From the NCBI GenBank assembly GCA_963775125.1, contig CAVZHQ010000006.1, positions 65,663-129,662 on the forward strand: a DNA stretch of 64,000 nucleotides. The letters run 5' to 3'. Of the stretch, positions 8,065 to 23,856 are shown one piece after another. The notes under the pieces were generated by a model. The model worked only from the letters and a program-made list of their open reading frames with translations, searched no databases and had not been told where the DNA came from. A program made the translations under genes and the position numbers. Source of the stretch: an uncultured Acidimicrobiales bacterium (GTDB taxonomy: Bacteria > Actinomycetota > Acidimicrobiia > Acidimicrobiales > SZUA-35). The stretch's first letter is position 1, and each line of letters starts with the position of its first letter.

Positions 8065-9798
8065 TTGACGGGAGCCTCGACGGATCCGGACCGCGACCGG
8101 CTGTGGCGACACGCCCCGATCCTGCGGTTCGACGCCCGTGAGTTGTTCTTCCCGACCTCGGTGGAAGGCTTCGTCGAGGCCAGCACGCTGTGGCCTGCCG
8201 GGCGAGACAGCGACCGCGACGGCGGGCCCCCGTCGGTGGTCAAGCCCCGCGTCGCCGATCTCGATGGTCGATGGCCGGTCGGAACGTACCTGCGATTCGT
8301 CAGCGACGACGATCGCCGCCGAGTGCTCAAGCACGAGGTTCGCCGGACCGCTCGTCGTCTGTTCTCGCCCCGCCTCGGTCGCGTCGGCTTGTTCGGGCGG
8401 CTGCTCGACGCCATCTTCCTGCTCACCCTGCGGCTGCGGCCCACGACCCCTCGGCTCACCACCGCGGCGGCGTCGGTGAAGGCCGAGCGGCTCAGGCTGC
8501 ACGATCGTCCGGTCATGTACTGCCGCTCGGTTCGAGCGGGCGACTGGCTGGTCCTGCACTACACCTTTCTCTACGTCATGAATGACTGGCGCACCAGTTA
8601 CCGAGGCTTGAACGATCACGAAGGCGACTGGGAACAGGTGATGGTGTTCGTCGATCCCGCCACCGACCGACCGGTGTGGGTGGCCGCGTCGAGCCACGAA
8701 CACCGAGGCGCTGACCTGCGCCGCCATTGGGACGACCCCGAGCTGCGATTGCGAGGCGACCGGCCGGTCCTGTTCGTCGGCGCCGGCTCTCATGCCGTGT
8801 ACTTCAGCCCGGGCGACTACGTGACCCGGCTCGATGTCCCCGTGCTCCGCTGGCTGCTCCGCCTGCAACGCTGGAGTCAGCAGATGTTGCGGATCACCGA
8901 CGAAGCGACCGAGAAAGGGTTGGGCCCTGCGCTCGGCGCGCCGTTCGTCGACGCGGCCACCGGCGACGGACGCGAGATCACCGACTGGCAGGTTGCGCTG
9001 CTCGACCCTTCCGAACCATGGCTCAGCTCGTACCGAGGTCTGTGGGGGGCCGACACCGGCGATCGGACCGGCGGGGAACGGGGACCGGCCGGCCCGAAGT
9101 TCGGTCGAGACGGCTCGATCCGGGCGTCCTGGGCCGATCCGGTCGGTTTCGCCGGCCTGCACCCGTCGCCCCCGCCGTCGGTGACCGACAGCGAACTGAA
9201 CGTTCTCCAGATCGATCGGGCGCTGTCCGACGTCGATGAGCAGATCCGCGGCCTCTCCCGGCTGTTGGCATTGATCGGCCAGATCGACACCGAAGACGAG
9301 AGTCGCCAGCTGACCGACCTGATGAAGCTGCGGGTGGAGTTGGACGATCACCGCCGGGCGGTGACCGGGGAGGCTGGTCCCGGGCAGTTGCGGTCCCACC
9401 TGAACCGACCCGCAATGCCGCTGCCGCCTCCCGCGGCCAGCGGCTGGATTCTCGCCCTGTGGGCCGCCTTGAGCGTGCCCCTACTGATGCTGTGCGTCGC
9501 TGCCATGCTTTTGATCCAGGAGGTCCGTTTCGTTCTTTTCCTGATTGCGGCGGGCAGTGCGGCGGTTCTGTTGGAGCAGCTGGCTCGGCGCCGCGTCCAG
9601 GCCGTCCTCAGGTTGGGGGCGGCAGGCACGGCGCTGGTGCTCTTCTTCGTCTTCGCACTCGGCCTGGCCTTGCGCGCCAGCCGCTACGCCCTCGGCGTCG
9701 GATTCGTCATCGGGGCCGGATTCCTCTTCGCTGCGAACCTCAGCGAGCTGCACGCCGTGCAACAGAGCCGCTCCCGGCAGAACAACGACGATCAGTAG
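8065..9798 (+). CDS. Membrane-anchored protein with a Vps62/DUF946-like domain
   Basis: ORF 8065..9798. The block YTFLYVMNDWRTSYRGLNDHEGDWEQVMVFVD..SSHEHRG resembles the H-x-GDWE core of Vps62/DUF946. A coiled region follows, then about 4 C-terminal TM helices. Confidence 0.55.
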   Translation: MTGASTDPDRDRLWRHAPILRFDARELFFPTSVEGFVEASTLWPAGRDSDRDGGPPSVVKPRVADLDGRWPVGTYLRFVSDDDRRRVLKHEVRRTARRLFSPRLGRVGLFGRLLDAIFLLTLRLRPTTPRLTTAAASVKAERLRLHDRPVMYCRSVRAGDWLVLHYTFLYVMNDWRTSYRGLNDHEGDWEQVMVFVDPATDRPVWVAASSHEHRGADLRRHWDDPELRLRGDRPVLFVGAGSHAVYFSPGDYVTRLDVPVLRWLLRLQRWSQQMLRITDEATEKGLGPALGAPFVDAATGDGREITDWQVALLDPSEPWLSSYRGLWGADTGDRTGGERGPAGPKFGRDGSIRASWADPVGFAGLHPSPPPSVTDSELNVLQIDRALSDVDEQIRGLSRLLALIGQIDTEDESRQLTDLMKLRVELDDHRRAVTGEAGPGQLRSHLNRPAMPLPPPAASGWILALWAALSVPLLMLCVAAMLLIQEVRFVLFLIAAGSAAVLLEQLARRRVQAVLRLGAAGTALVLFFVFALGLALRASRYALGVGFVIGAGFLFAANLSELHAVQQSRSRQNNDDQ

Positions 9799-9812
9799 CG
9801 CCAACCAAGGCA

Positions 9813-11025
9813 TCAGCCGAACGCAGCCACCAGTCGCCGGCCGGCCTCGACCAGGAGCGCATCGTTCTTGGCGAAGCAGAACCGGGCGAGGTGCTGACCG
9901 TCGCGCTGGTCCTGGTAGAAGACCGAGCTCGGCACCGCGACGACCCCGGCCCGTTCGGGCAACGCGAGACAGAACGCAACGGTGTCGTCCTGTCCCTTCT
10001 GGTGACCCAGCGCGGCCTCGAATGTCGATGGTGATGAAGTACGTACCCTCGGGCTCGAGCACGTCGAAGCCGGCATCGGCCAGGAATCCACCGAGGAGAT
10101 TGCGCTTGACCTGGAGATTGGCAGCGAAGGTGGTGAAGTAGTCATCGCCGAGTCGCAAACCGACCGCGATGGCCGGCTGAAAGGGCGCACCGTTCACGAA
10201 GGTGAGGAACTGTTTGGCGGTGCGAACCGCCGAGACCAAGGGCGCCGGTCCGCACACCCAGCCGATCTTCCAGCCGGTGAACGAGAAGGTCTTTCCCCCT
10301 GACGAAACGGTGAGCGTTCGCTCGGCCATACCCGGAAAACCGGCCAGCGGGCGATGCACGTGGTCGTCGAACACCAGGTGCTCGTACACCTCGTCGGTGA
10401 CGGCGATGACGTCGTGCTCCTGGCAGAGGTCGGCGATCAGCTGCAGCTCGTCGTCGTCGAACACCTTCCCGGTCGGGTTGTGGGGAGAGTTGAGCAGCAC
10501 GAGGCGGGTCTTGGGGTTGAACGCCCGCCGCAGCTCATCGGGATCGAAGCCGAAGCGAAATCCTTGGCCGTCCGCTCGTGGTTCGGGACGAAGGAGAACG
10601 CCGCGCATCCTCGCCCCAGCCATCGCGACCCCGGCTCCGTAGGAGTCATACGTCGGATCGAACGCAATGACCTCGTCGCCGGTCTCACAAAGTGCGAGCA
10701 AGGTGGCGGCCAACGCCTCGGTCGCACCGGCGGTGACGAGGATCTCCGAGGCCGGATCGAACTCGAGATTCCAGAACCGTCGCTGATGTTCGCTGACCGC
10801 CAATCGGAGGTCCTCGGTGCCGGGACCGGGCGGGTACTGGTTCACCCCGGAGCGAATTGCAGCGATCGCCGCCTCGGACACCTCGGGGGGCCCATCGGTG
10901 TCGGGAAACCCCTGGCCGAGGTTGATCGCACCGGTCTTGGCCGCCAGCGCAGACATCTCGGCGAAGATCGTCGTGCCGAATCCCTGGAGGCGGCTGGCGA
11001 GAAATGGTGATCGTGGCACGGCCAC
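9813..11025 (-). pseudogene. Class I/II PLP-dependent aminotransferase (DapC/YbdL-like), frameshifted near 10020 as assembled
   Basis: ORF 9481..11118 carries NLGQGFPD, LNSPHNPTG, GGKTFSFTGWKIGW and ends at ..GTYFITIDIR. The conserved C-terminus (AALGHQKGQDDTVAFCLALPERAGVVAVPSSVFY..) continues in ORF 9813..10190. The likely start is GTG at 11025. Confidence 0.85.
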
Positions 11026-11137
11026 ACGATAGGGCAGCGGAGGTCGACGGATTGCAGGTCGACTTGGGTTCAGAATGTCGTACGCATCGTACAGTGCGGT
11101 AGCTTTACGCTGTTTCACTCAGCCAACAGGGGGTCTT

Positions 11138-13041
11138 GTGACCGATACAGCGGAAAGGGTCGAAACGCAGACGCTGCAGGGCGTCGTCATTCGTTTCGCA
11201 GGCGACTCCGGGGATGGTATGCAGCTGACAGGTGACCGGTTCACCTCAGCCAGTGCCATCGCCGGCAACGATTTGGTGACGTTGCCGGACTTCCCGGCCG
11301 AGATCCGGGCCCCGCAGGGGACCATCGCCGGTGTGTCGGCGTTCCAGATCCACATCTCGGATCACGCCATCCACACTCCAGGCGATGAGCCCGACGTGCT
11401 CGTGGCCATGAACCCCGCGGCGCTGATGAGCGAACTCGAGCGGCTCAAGCGCGGTGGCACCATCATCCTCAACTCCGATGCGTTCGACGAGCGCAACCTG
11501 GCCAAGTGCGGGTACACCGCCGATCCTCGCCATGACGGAACGCTCAGCTCGTACATCGTGCACGAGGTGCCGATGAACAAGTTGACGGTCGAAGCGACCG
11601 CCAGCCTCGACGCAAAGAAGCGTGAGGCCGAACGCTCGAAGAACTTCTTCGCGTTGGGTCTCGTCACCTGGATGTACAGCCGCCCCACCCAACCGACGCT
11701 CGACTGGATCGACCAGAAGTTCGGCAAGCTCCCCAACGTGGTCGCTGCCAACAAGGCGGCGTTCCACGCAGGTCACGCGTTCGGCGAGACGGCCGAAATG
11801 TTCGGCAATCAGTACGTGATCGAGTCGGCTCCCCACGAACCGGGCACCTACACCAACATCACCGGCAACATCGCCATGGCATGGGGCATGGTTGCCGCCG
11901 GCCAGCTGGCCAAACTCCCGATCTTCCTCGGAAGCTACCCCATCACCCCCGCGTCCGACATCCTCCACGAGCTGTCGAACCACAAGAACTTCGGGGTACG
12001 GACCTTCCAGGCAGAGGACGAGATCGCCGGCGCCGGCTCGGCGCTCGGCGCCGCCTTCGGCGGACACCTTGCCTACACCACGACGTCGGGCCCCGGCGTG
12101 TCGCTGAAGGGCGAGACCATCAGCTTGGCCGCCGCCATCGAGCTGCCGCTGGTCATCATCGACATCCAACGAGGCGGTCCTTCCACCGGGCTACCCACCA
12201 AGACCGAGGCGTCCGACCTCATGCTGGCCCTCTACGGCCGTCACGGCGAGTCGCCGTTGCCGGTCGTCGCGGCCTACAGCCCGTCGCATTGCTTCCACAT
12301 GGCCATCGAGGCCTCGCGCATCGCGCTCAAGTACCGGACGCCGGTCATTCTCCTCAGCGACGGTTATCTTGCCAACGGGGCCGAGCCGTGGAAGTTGCCC
12401 GACGTGGACACCCTGCCTGACATCAGCGTCGAGTTCACCACGTCCTACAACGACACCGACGCCGCGGGCAACCCGGTCTACCACCCCTACAAGCGCGACG
12501 AAGAGACCCTTGCCCGGCCATGGGCTGTGCCCGGCACCCCCGGTCTGGAGCACCGCGTCGGCGGCCTCGAGCGGGCCGACGTCACCGGTAACGTCAACTA
12601 CACGCCGTTCAACCACGGTCGCATGACCGATCTTCGTCAGGCCAAGCTCGACGGCATGGCGTCCGATTTCCCCGATCCGCTGGTCAACACGGTCGGCGAT
12701 GCCAACATCCTGCTCATCGGCTGGGGCTCCACCCACGGGTCGATCACGGCCTCGGTCGAGCGTCTGCGCGACGAGGGCCACAAGGTCGATCACGTGCACC
12801 TCACCCACCTCAACCCGCTTCCGACGAAGCTGGCCGAACTGGTGCAGGGCTACGAGCACATCATGGTGCCCGAGCTCAACATGGGCCAGCTCGTCAAGGT
12901 CCTGCGAGCGGAATACCTCATCGACGCCAAGCCCATCAGCAAGGTGACCGGCCTGCCGTTCACCGGCGCCGAGATCGTCAACGCGGTCACCGCCCACATT
13001 GCTGGTGGAACGACCGCTACCGGAACGAACGGAGCTCACTG

Positions 13042-13042
<1 letters not shown>
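11138..13042 (+). CDS. korA: 2-oxoacid (2-oxoglutarate):ferredoxin oxidoreductase, alpha subunit
   Basis: ORF 11075..13042. A GTG at 11138 is preceded by AGGGGG. Contains FAGDSGDGMQLTG, SYPITPASDILHE and QRGGPSTGLPTK. Confidence 0.9.
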
Positions 13043-14061
<1,019 letters not shown>

Positions 14062-14078
14062 TCCTCTACCCTGTCCCG

Positions 14079-15096
14079 GTGACTTCATACTTTCGTGCTT
14101 CCCGGCTCTTCCTCGCGTGTCTGGCGCTGGCCCTCGTGGCCAGTGCTTGCGGGGTGAGCCGGGAAGACTCGTCTACGGACACCGATGCGATCACGGCCGA
14201 CGCGGTCGACGGCACCGAGACCGGCGACACCGACGGCGAAGAAGACACCGAGACGGCGCCGACCACCGAGCCGCAGATCTTCGGCGCCGACCCCGACGAG
14301 GTCGCGGTGGCCATCACCTTCGCCGATGGCACCAGTAGCGACATCGCCAACGGCGAGTTGGCCGATGCGGCCCAAGCCATCCTCGGTTCGGAGGAATTCG
14401 TCGGCCTGGCGTTCGGAGGACAGATTCCCGAGTCGTTCGAGGCCGACGTGCTCACCCAGATGATCGGTGACCGCATCATCGAACACGCCTACGAGGTCGC
14501 CGGTGGCAGCATCTCCGACGCCGATGTCGAAGCCGCCACCGAGACCGTCCGTTCCGATCTTTCCGCGGGATTCGGCTCGCAGGGTGACGCCGACCCCGAG
14601 GCCACTGCGGAAGCGGTCGCCGAAGAGCTTGGTGCCTACTTCGCGCTGATGGTCAACATCCGGGCCGGGATCGACGGCCTTGGCACCGTGCTCGCAACCG
14701 AGGAGTTCCCCTGCGTCAGCCACATCCTGGTCGCCACCGAGGACGAGGCCAAGGCATTGAAGGTCGAGCTCGACGGCGGCGCTGACTTCGCAACGCTGGC
14801 CCAGGAGAAGTCGACCGACTCCGGGCAGCGGGGCCGCTGGTGGCGAGCTGGGATGTCAGTCACCTGACTCGTGGGTTCCCGAGTTCAGCGCTGCCATGTT
14901 GGCTGCCGAGGTCGGCGAGGTCACCGAGCCCGTCGAGAGCCAGTTCGGCTTCCATCTGATCCTGGTGACCGGTTCGGAAGCCAACGGCGAGGCGGCAGCG
15001 CAGACCGCGCTGCAGAACGAACTCACCGGGGCCACCATCGAGGTCGACGAGGCCATCGGCTCGTGGGTCGGCGGTCAGGTCGTCCCCACGCCGTGA
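14079..15096 (+). pseudogene. PrsA-like lipoprotein with a parvulin PPIase domain, frameshifted near 14821-14826 as assembled
   Basis: Lipoprotein-type signal (LALALVASAC). ORF 14079..14867 ends ..CVSHILVATEDEAKALKVELDGGADFATLAQEKSTDSG. The parvulin core continues in the +1 frame (GSGAAGGELGCQSPDSWVPEFSAAMLAAEVGEVTEPVESQFGFHLILV, ORF 14896..15096). Confidence 0.8.
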
Positions 15097-16484
15097 GCAC
15101 TGCACCGGCCCGGATCCTCGTTTGCGGGCTCGGGCCCGGGCGCTGTGGGCGATGTCACGGGCGCCACCATCGAGCTCCTGCAAAGCGAGCGACCGGTTTT
15201 TCTTCGGACTGCCCGCCACCCGACAGCCATCCTTCGCCGGCGACGCCCCGACCTTCGACCCGATCTATGACCGCGGCGATGACCTCGCCTCGGTGTATCG
15301 ATCGATCGCCGACGCCTTGGTGCAGGCGGCTGAGCAGCACGGTGAAGTCGTCTACGCCGTTCCCGGCTCACCGCTGGTGCTCGAGCGTTCGGTCCGTCAC
15401 CTCGTCGACCGCGCAGCCGATGGAGCGAACCGGCTCGAGGTGCAGCTGTTTCCCGCCGTCTCCTTCCTCGATGCGGTCTGGGCTCGATTGTCCATCGACC
15501 CCGTCGAAGCCTCCGTTCGCCTGATCGACGGACACACCTTCTCTCGGGACGCTGCCGGCGAACGAGGGCCGTTGCTGGTGGCGCACGCGCACGCCCCGTG
15601 GGTCCTCTCCGACATCAAGCTCTCGATGGACGCCGGACCCGATCAGCGGGTCGTGGTGCTGAAGGCGGTGGGAACACCCGAGGAGTCGATCGTCGAGATC
15701 GGCTGGCCCGATCTCGACCGCATGGTCGTACCCGACCATCTGACGTCGCTCTACCTCCCCGAGGTGCACGCCCCGGTCGCCGTCGAACTGCAGCGCAGCG
15801 TCGAGCTGATGAGTCGCCTTCGAGCCGAATGTCCCTGGGACCAGGCCCAAACGCACGCGAGCCTCAGGTCGCACCTGGTCGAGGAAACGTACGAAGTGCT
15901 CGAAGTCCTCGACACCATCGTTGCGGCCGAGGCGGCTGGTCTCGAGCCCGGCTACGACGACTACGCCCTCCTCGAAGAGGAACTCGGTGATCTGTGGTTC
16001 CAGATCCTGTTCCACGCCGAACTGGCGTCCGAGGCCGGTCAGTTCTCCATCGCCGATGTCGCCGCGGACCCTCCATGACAAGCTGGTCCACCGCCACCCT
16101 CACGTGTTCGACAGCGAGCCCATGCCGGCAACGGCCGATCTGGTGGAGACCTGGGAGGCGCGTAAGCGGGAAGAAAAGGGCCGTTCGTCGGCCATGGACG
16201 GATTGCCGCCGGGTCTCCCTGCGTTGAGCCTCAGCGAGAAGGTGTTGAGGAAGGCCGAACGCGCCGGCCTGCCCGCGGATCCCGAATGGGTCTCGCGGGT
16301 CGTCACGGCGGGAGTATCGGCCGAGAGTTCCGAGCTGGACGTCGGCCTGTACCTATTGGCCGTTGTCGAGCAGGTGCGGGATCTGCGCGGCGAGGCCGAA
16401 ACGGCCCTGCGGACCGCGGTGCGACATGCGACCACCCGATTCCGCCAGGCCGAATCGGATGGGGGTCACTGGGTACTCGGCTGA
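15093..16484 (+). pseudogene. mazG: YabN-type fusion of a tetrapyrrole-methylase-like domain and MazG NTP pyrophosphohydrolase; three frameshifts as assembled
   Basis: GTG at 15093 overlaps the upstream stop (GTGA). ILVCGLGPG is followed by a shift near 15140, then AVGDVTGATIELLQSERPVFLRTARHP, a shift near 15226, then ..VVYAVPGSPLV..ECPWDQAQTH..EETYEVLE..EELGDLWFQILFHA. After a shift near 16060 it continues LHDKLVHRHPHVF.. (ORF 15921..16484). Confidence 0.85.
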
Positions 16485-16527
16485 CGGCGGCCGCTCGGCT
16501 TGACCGGGTGATCGGCGAGAGGTTCCG

Positions 16528-17635
16528 CTAGGCCGACGGAGGTGGCGGGGGCGGCGAGTCGAACGTGGGCCACGCCTGCGTCGGGTCGACGACGTCATTC
16601 GGTGGCGGTGGCGCAGCAAACGGGTCGGGGACCTTCGCACCCTTCACCGGAGCCGCCCAGTCAGGCCCGCCCGGCGACGACGCTGTTCTGGCGGTTGGTT
16701 CGTAATTGGTCGGGCCGAGCGGCGGCGGTTCGTAGGGTGGCGGGGTGTACGGCGGTGGCTCGTAGGGAGGGGGCGGCGTGAACGCTGGGGGCGGCGGAGT
16801 CGTGCTCGGCGGCGGGGCCAAGCTGGGCGGTGGGGCAGCGCTGGGCGGTGGCGCGAAGGCCGGGGCAGGAGCAGCGCTGGGTGGTGGCGGGAAACCTGGG
16901 GGCGGTGGGGTGTTGGTCGGCTGGTCGAAGCCGGGGGGCGGAGGCATCGCGGCCGGGGGAGCGAAGATGGGAGGAGGCATGGCCGGCGGTGGCGAGTCGG
17001 GCTGGGGAAACCCGCTGTAGGGGACTGCAGGGGGAGGCTCGTTGCTCGTGGCGCGTGGCGGCGGCATCGGCGATGGGGCGGTGACGGGTGATGGGGTGAC
17101 GGGTGATGGGGTGACGGGTGAGTGGGTCGGCGGCGGGCGGCGGCAGCGGGTTCGGAGCCGGTGCCGCACTGACCGGTGGTGCCGCTTGTACTGCCGGCGG
17201 CGGACTCGGGAGGCTCGGTGCTTGTGGCGGCGCAGGAGCGGTCGAGGCTGGTGGTGGAGCCACGGCTGGAATGACCCGGTCCACGTTGACGGGAACGCTG
17301 GCACCGCCGCCCTCGACCACTCCCTGACGGAGGTCGGTGCCCGGCGCGGCCATGCTTCCTGCCGCTGCGGAGAGCCGTAGTTCGACGGGGGAGTGGCTCA
17401 CCAGTTCGGTGGTCCACCCCGATCGGCCTTGGCCTCGGAACTCGGTCTCGCCGACCTTCGCCATCGCTTGGTCGAACAAGAACAAGATCGGCTCGCCTTG
17501 CGGGTCGGCTGACCGGCGATCGAGCACGGCGGCCACGCCACTGACATCGTTGGCCACGACGAACTCGTGCAGCGCCGTGGCGACTGCGGAGAACGTCCAG
17601 TTCTCGGACTCGCCCAACAGGTCGACGACGGCCAT
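16528..17635 (-). pseudogene. Protein with an unknown N-terminal domain of about 110 aa and a long proline-rich tail; frameshift near 17130-17155 as assembled
   Basis: An ATG at 17635 (MAVVDLLGESENWTF..) lies in ORF 16661..18244. After ..APNPLPPP the sensible reading (PVTPSPVTPSPVT..PPPYEPPPYTPPPYEPPP..) continues in ORF 16528..17304. Confidence 0.55.
17072..17119. repeat. 15-bp tandem repeat of about 3 copies (codes PVTPS x3 on the minus strand)
   Basis: gatggggtgacgggt is perfect at 17090-17104 and 17105-17119. An 18-bp variant lies at 17072-17089. Confidence 0.9.
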
Positions 17636-17666
17636 GAGCGACGATCCGGTCGATGACCCCTCAATC

Positions 17667-17711
17667 CCGGACGAAACGCTGCCGGACGAAACAATCTCGG
17701 ACGACACAATC
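17667..17711. repeat. 15-bp tandem repeat x3 immediately upstream of (or at the N-terminus of) the proline-rich gene
   Basis: Units are cccggacgaaacgct / gccggacgaaacaat / ctcggacgacacaat. On the minus strand they would read IVSSE/IVSSG/SVSSG. Confidence 0.9.
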
Positions 17712-17861
17712 GTGAGGGGTCCCCGTCGGGCGACGCGTCCCCGGCCACTGATGACGCTTGCTGGTTGGCTGCGCTCCACGATCCACTCACCTTCAGGTTC
17801 AGACCAGTTCCTACGGGCCCGTAGCGGAAGCGTCGGGCCCGCCCATCCTTGCACGTCGTAG

Positions 17862-17896
17862 GGCAGGTTTTCCCGTACCGCTCGGGAGAACCTGCC
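17862..17896. other. Perfect 14-bp hairpin (one G-U pair, 7-nt loop) in the divergent intergenic region
   Basis: ggcaggttttcccg (17862-17875) pairs with cgggagaacctgcc (17883-17896). A 14-bp palindrome ctacgggcccgtag lies at 17811-17824. Confidence 0.6.
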
Positions 17897-17963
17897 GCTA
17901 GACAACAGTGGCGGGGTAGATCGGGCTTGCCGCCGCCCCGACTCGAGGCCAGGAGCAGCATTC

Positions 17964-19397
17964 ATGCAGCAGTCGTTCGTGAGGAAATGCGGGCATTCGG
18001 TCGGTTCCGGCGGGGCTCTGAGGCGGCGGCATTCCAAGGGTCGAGCTGTTGTGGGCGCAGTCATCGCCGGACTCGGGGCGATCGCCGCCATCCCGGCGCC
18101 GGTGACGGCGGCCGGTCCGACACGCGTGGTCTTCATCGGTGATTCCCTCACCGCGCTGTGCTCGCCCAACTTCAACTCCTTCCGGGACGACACGCTTGCG
18201 AGTCTGGCGACTGCCGGATTCCTGGTCGACGCATCGGGAACCAAGACCGGCGGCTGCTATCCGACCGATGACGAGCACGAGGGCGTGGCGGGCGAGACCA
18301 CCGGCGACATCGCCGCTCGGTTGAGCACCAACCTCGCCGCCACTCCCGAAACCGCCGAAGTCGCCTTCCTGCTGGCCGGAACCAATGACGTCCAAGAAGA
18401 TGTCGCCACTCCGACCGCCGTGGCCAACATCGCAACGATCATTGCGGCGTTGCGGGCAGAGAACCCGACGATCCACGTCGTGATCGGCCAGATACCGCCG
18501 TATCCGGGCAAAGCTGCGCAAACGGCCGAACTCAACGCCGCCATTGCCGGCCTGGCGACCAACGGTGCCTCGCCGGTCTCGGTGGTCGATCTGAACAGCA
18601 ACGTTGATGCCAGTCATCTGTTCACCGATCTGATCCATCTCAACGCATCAGGTGCGGCCCTCGTCGGAGGGCGTGTTGCTGCCGCACTGATCGCCACTGG
18701 TCGCCTGGCCCAGCCGATCGTGCTGAACTTCGCCCCCTTCGTGGACGAGATGGCCTTCGTCAACCAGCAGTACCTGGACTTCCTGGGCCGGCCCGCCGAG
18801 GCCGCCGGTCTGGCGTACTGGAGCGGCATCACGAACGACGATCGCTCGAACGTGAGCGCGGTGATCGAAGGCTTCATGCGGTCGCCCGAGTTCGCGCCTC
18901 GGCGCGGCGTCGCCCGACTGTACAAGGCGTACTTCTTGCGCCACCCCGACATCGGAGGCTTCGACTTCTGGACCCAGCGCCTGGCGTCGGGTCAGTCCAA
19001 CCTCGACCACGTTTCGCAGTCGTTCGTGGCGTCCCCCGAGTTCCAGGCCACCTACGGTTCCAAGACCGACGCCGAGTTCGTTGCGCTCGTGTACCAGAAT
19101 GTGCTCGATCGTGCCCCCGACGCCGCGGGGTACGCGTTCTGGACCGCGCAGATGTCGGCCGGCATGACCCGCGGTCAGGTGATGACCCGGTTCTCCGAGT
19201 CGGCAGAGTACGTGGGCGCGACCCGGGCGTGGGTCGACGTTGTCGTCACGTACCGTGGCATGTTGAACCGCGAGCCCGATTCGGGCGGTCTGGCGTTCTG
19301 GACCCAGCGGGTCGGCGCCGATCCTGGCTCGCTCGGGACGTTGATCAGCAACTTCTTCGCCTCGGCCGAGTACGGCGTGCGGGTGGGTCCGAAGTAG
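17964..19397 (+). CDS. Secreted SGNH/GDSL-type hydrolase fused to a C-terminal DUF4214 module
   Basis: Signal-like N-terminus. VVFIGDSLT (GDS block), EGVAGETT, LLAGTNDV and a DLIHLN-type block. Then about 215 aa of DUF4214 repeats (YLDFLGRPAEAAGLAYW, VYQNVLDRAPDAAGYAFW, ..). Confidence 0.85.
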   Translation: MQQSFVRKCGHSVGSGGALRRRHSKGRAVVGAVIAGLGAIAAIPAPVTAAGPTRVVFIGDSLTALCSPNFNSFRDDTLASLATAGFLVDASGTKTGGCYPTDDEHEGVAGETTGDIAARLSTNLAATPETAEVAFLLAGTNDVQEDVATPTAVANIATIIAALRAENPTIHVVIGQIPPYPGKAAQTAELNAAIAGLATNGASPVSVVDLNSNVDASHLFTDLIHLNASGAALVGGRVAAALIATGRLAQPIVLNFAPFVDEMAFVNQQYLDFLGRPAEAAGLAYWSGITNDDRSNVSAVIEGFMRSPEFAPRRGVARLYKAYFLRHPDIGGFDFWTQRLASGQSNLDHVSQSFVASPEFQATYGSKTDAEFVALVYQNVLDRAPDAAGYAFWTAQMSAGMTRGQVMTRFSESAEYVGATRAWVDVVVTYRGMLNREPDSGGLAFWTQRVGADPGSLGTLISNFFASAEYGVRVGPK

Positions 19398-19406
19398 GGT
19401 GGATCG

Positions 19407-23233
<3,827 letters not shown>

Positions 23234-23394
23234 TCGGCCGATTGTCCGGCGAATGACGATTGCGTCGGGCATCCCTCGACGAATTGCCCGGAAAGTCGTC
23301 GGAGAGTGTGAGACGGGGATTTTTTCGTGTAAGAATCACCAGCGGTTCGAGAGGGTTCTCACAAGAGATTCTCGTAGTAGAGATTGGGGTATCC

Positions 23395-23856
23395 GTGGAG
23401 ATAACGGTCGAGGTGAACGGTACGACGCACACGAGTGACGTCGAACCACGCACTCTGCTGGTGCACTACATCCGTGACGCCGTGGGCCTGACGGGCACGA
23501 ACATCGGTTGTGACACCTCGTCCTGCGGTGCGTGCACCGTGCATCTGAACGGGGAAGCCGTCAAGTCGTGCACGATGTTGGCCGTTCAGGCCGACGGTCA
23601 GAAGATCACCACCATCGAAGGTTTGGCCACTGGCGACGAGCTGCACCCGATGCAGCAGGCGTTCATGGAGTGTCACGCCCTGCAATGTGGCTACTGCACG
23701 CCCGGCATGGTGATGGCGTCCGTCTCCTTCCTGCAGGAGAACCCGAACCCCAACGAGGCCGAGGTCCGAGAGGGTCTCGAAGGCAATCTCTGTCGGTGCA
23801 CCGGCTACCACAACATCGTCAAAGCCGTCCTCACTGCCGCCGGAGGTTCGAAGTGA
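23395..23856 (+). CDS. (2Fe-2S)-binding small subunit of an aerobic CO dehydrogenase/xanthine dehydrogenase-family enzyme (CoxS-like)
   Basis: GTG at 23395 within ORF 23260..23856. Contains [21 protein letters not shown] and [12 protein letters not shown]. Confidence 0.9.
   Translation: MEITVEVNGTTHTSDVEPRTLLVHYIRDAVGLTGTNIGCDTSSCGACTVHLNGEAVKSCTMLAVQADGQKITTIEGLATGDELHPMQQAFMECHALQCGYCTPGMVMASVSFLQENPNPNEAEVREGLEGNLCRCTGYHNIVKAVLTAAGGSK

Noticed and set aside
16644-17417. Alternative-frame and opposite-strand ORFs over the proline-rich region. These include 16644..17417(-) and the Gly-rich ORFs 16778..17020(+), 16830..17084(+) and 17118..17327(+).
   Set aside because: They are mirror or offset readings of the CCN-rich proline tract. 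Only the PPPYEPPP-type frame gives a coherent repeat protein.
23340-23362. A tRNA-like GGTTCGAG T-loop motif in the ftsB-coxS spacer.
   Set aside because: No acceptor, D or anticodon stems can be drawn around it. The other intergenic regions are too short for RNA genes, and I found no rRNA or tRNA in the window.
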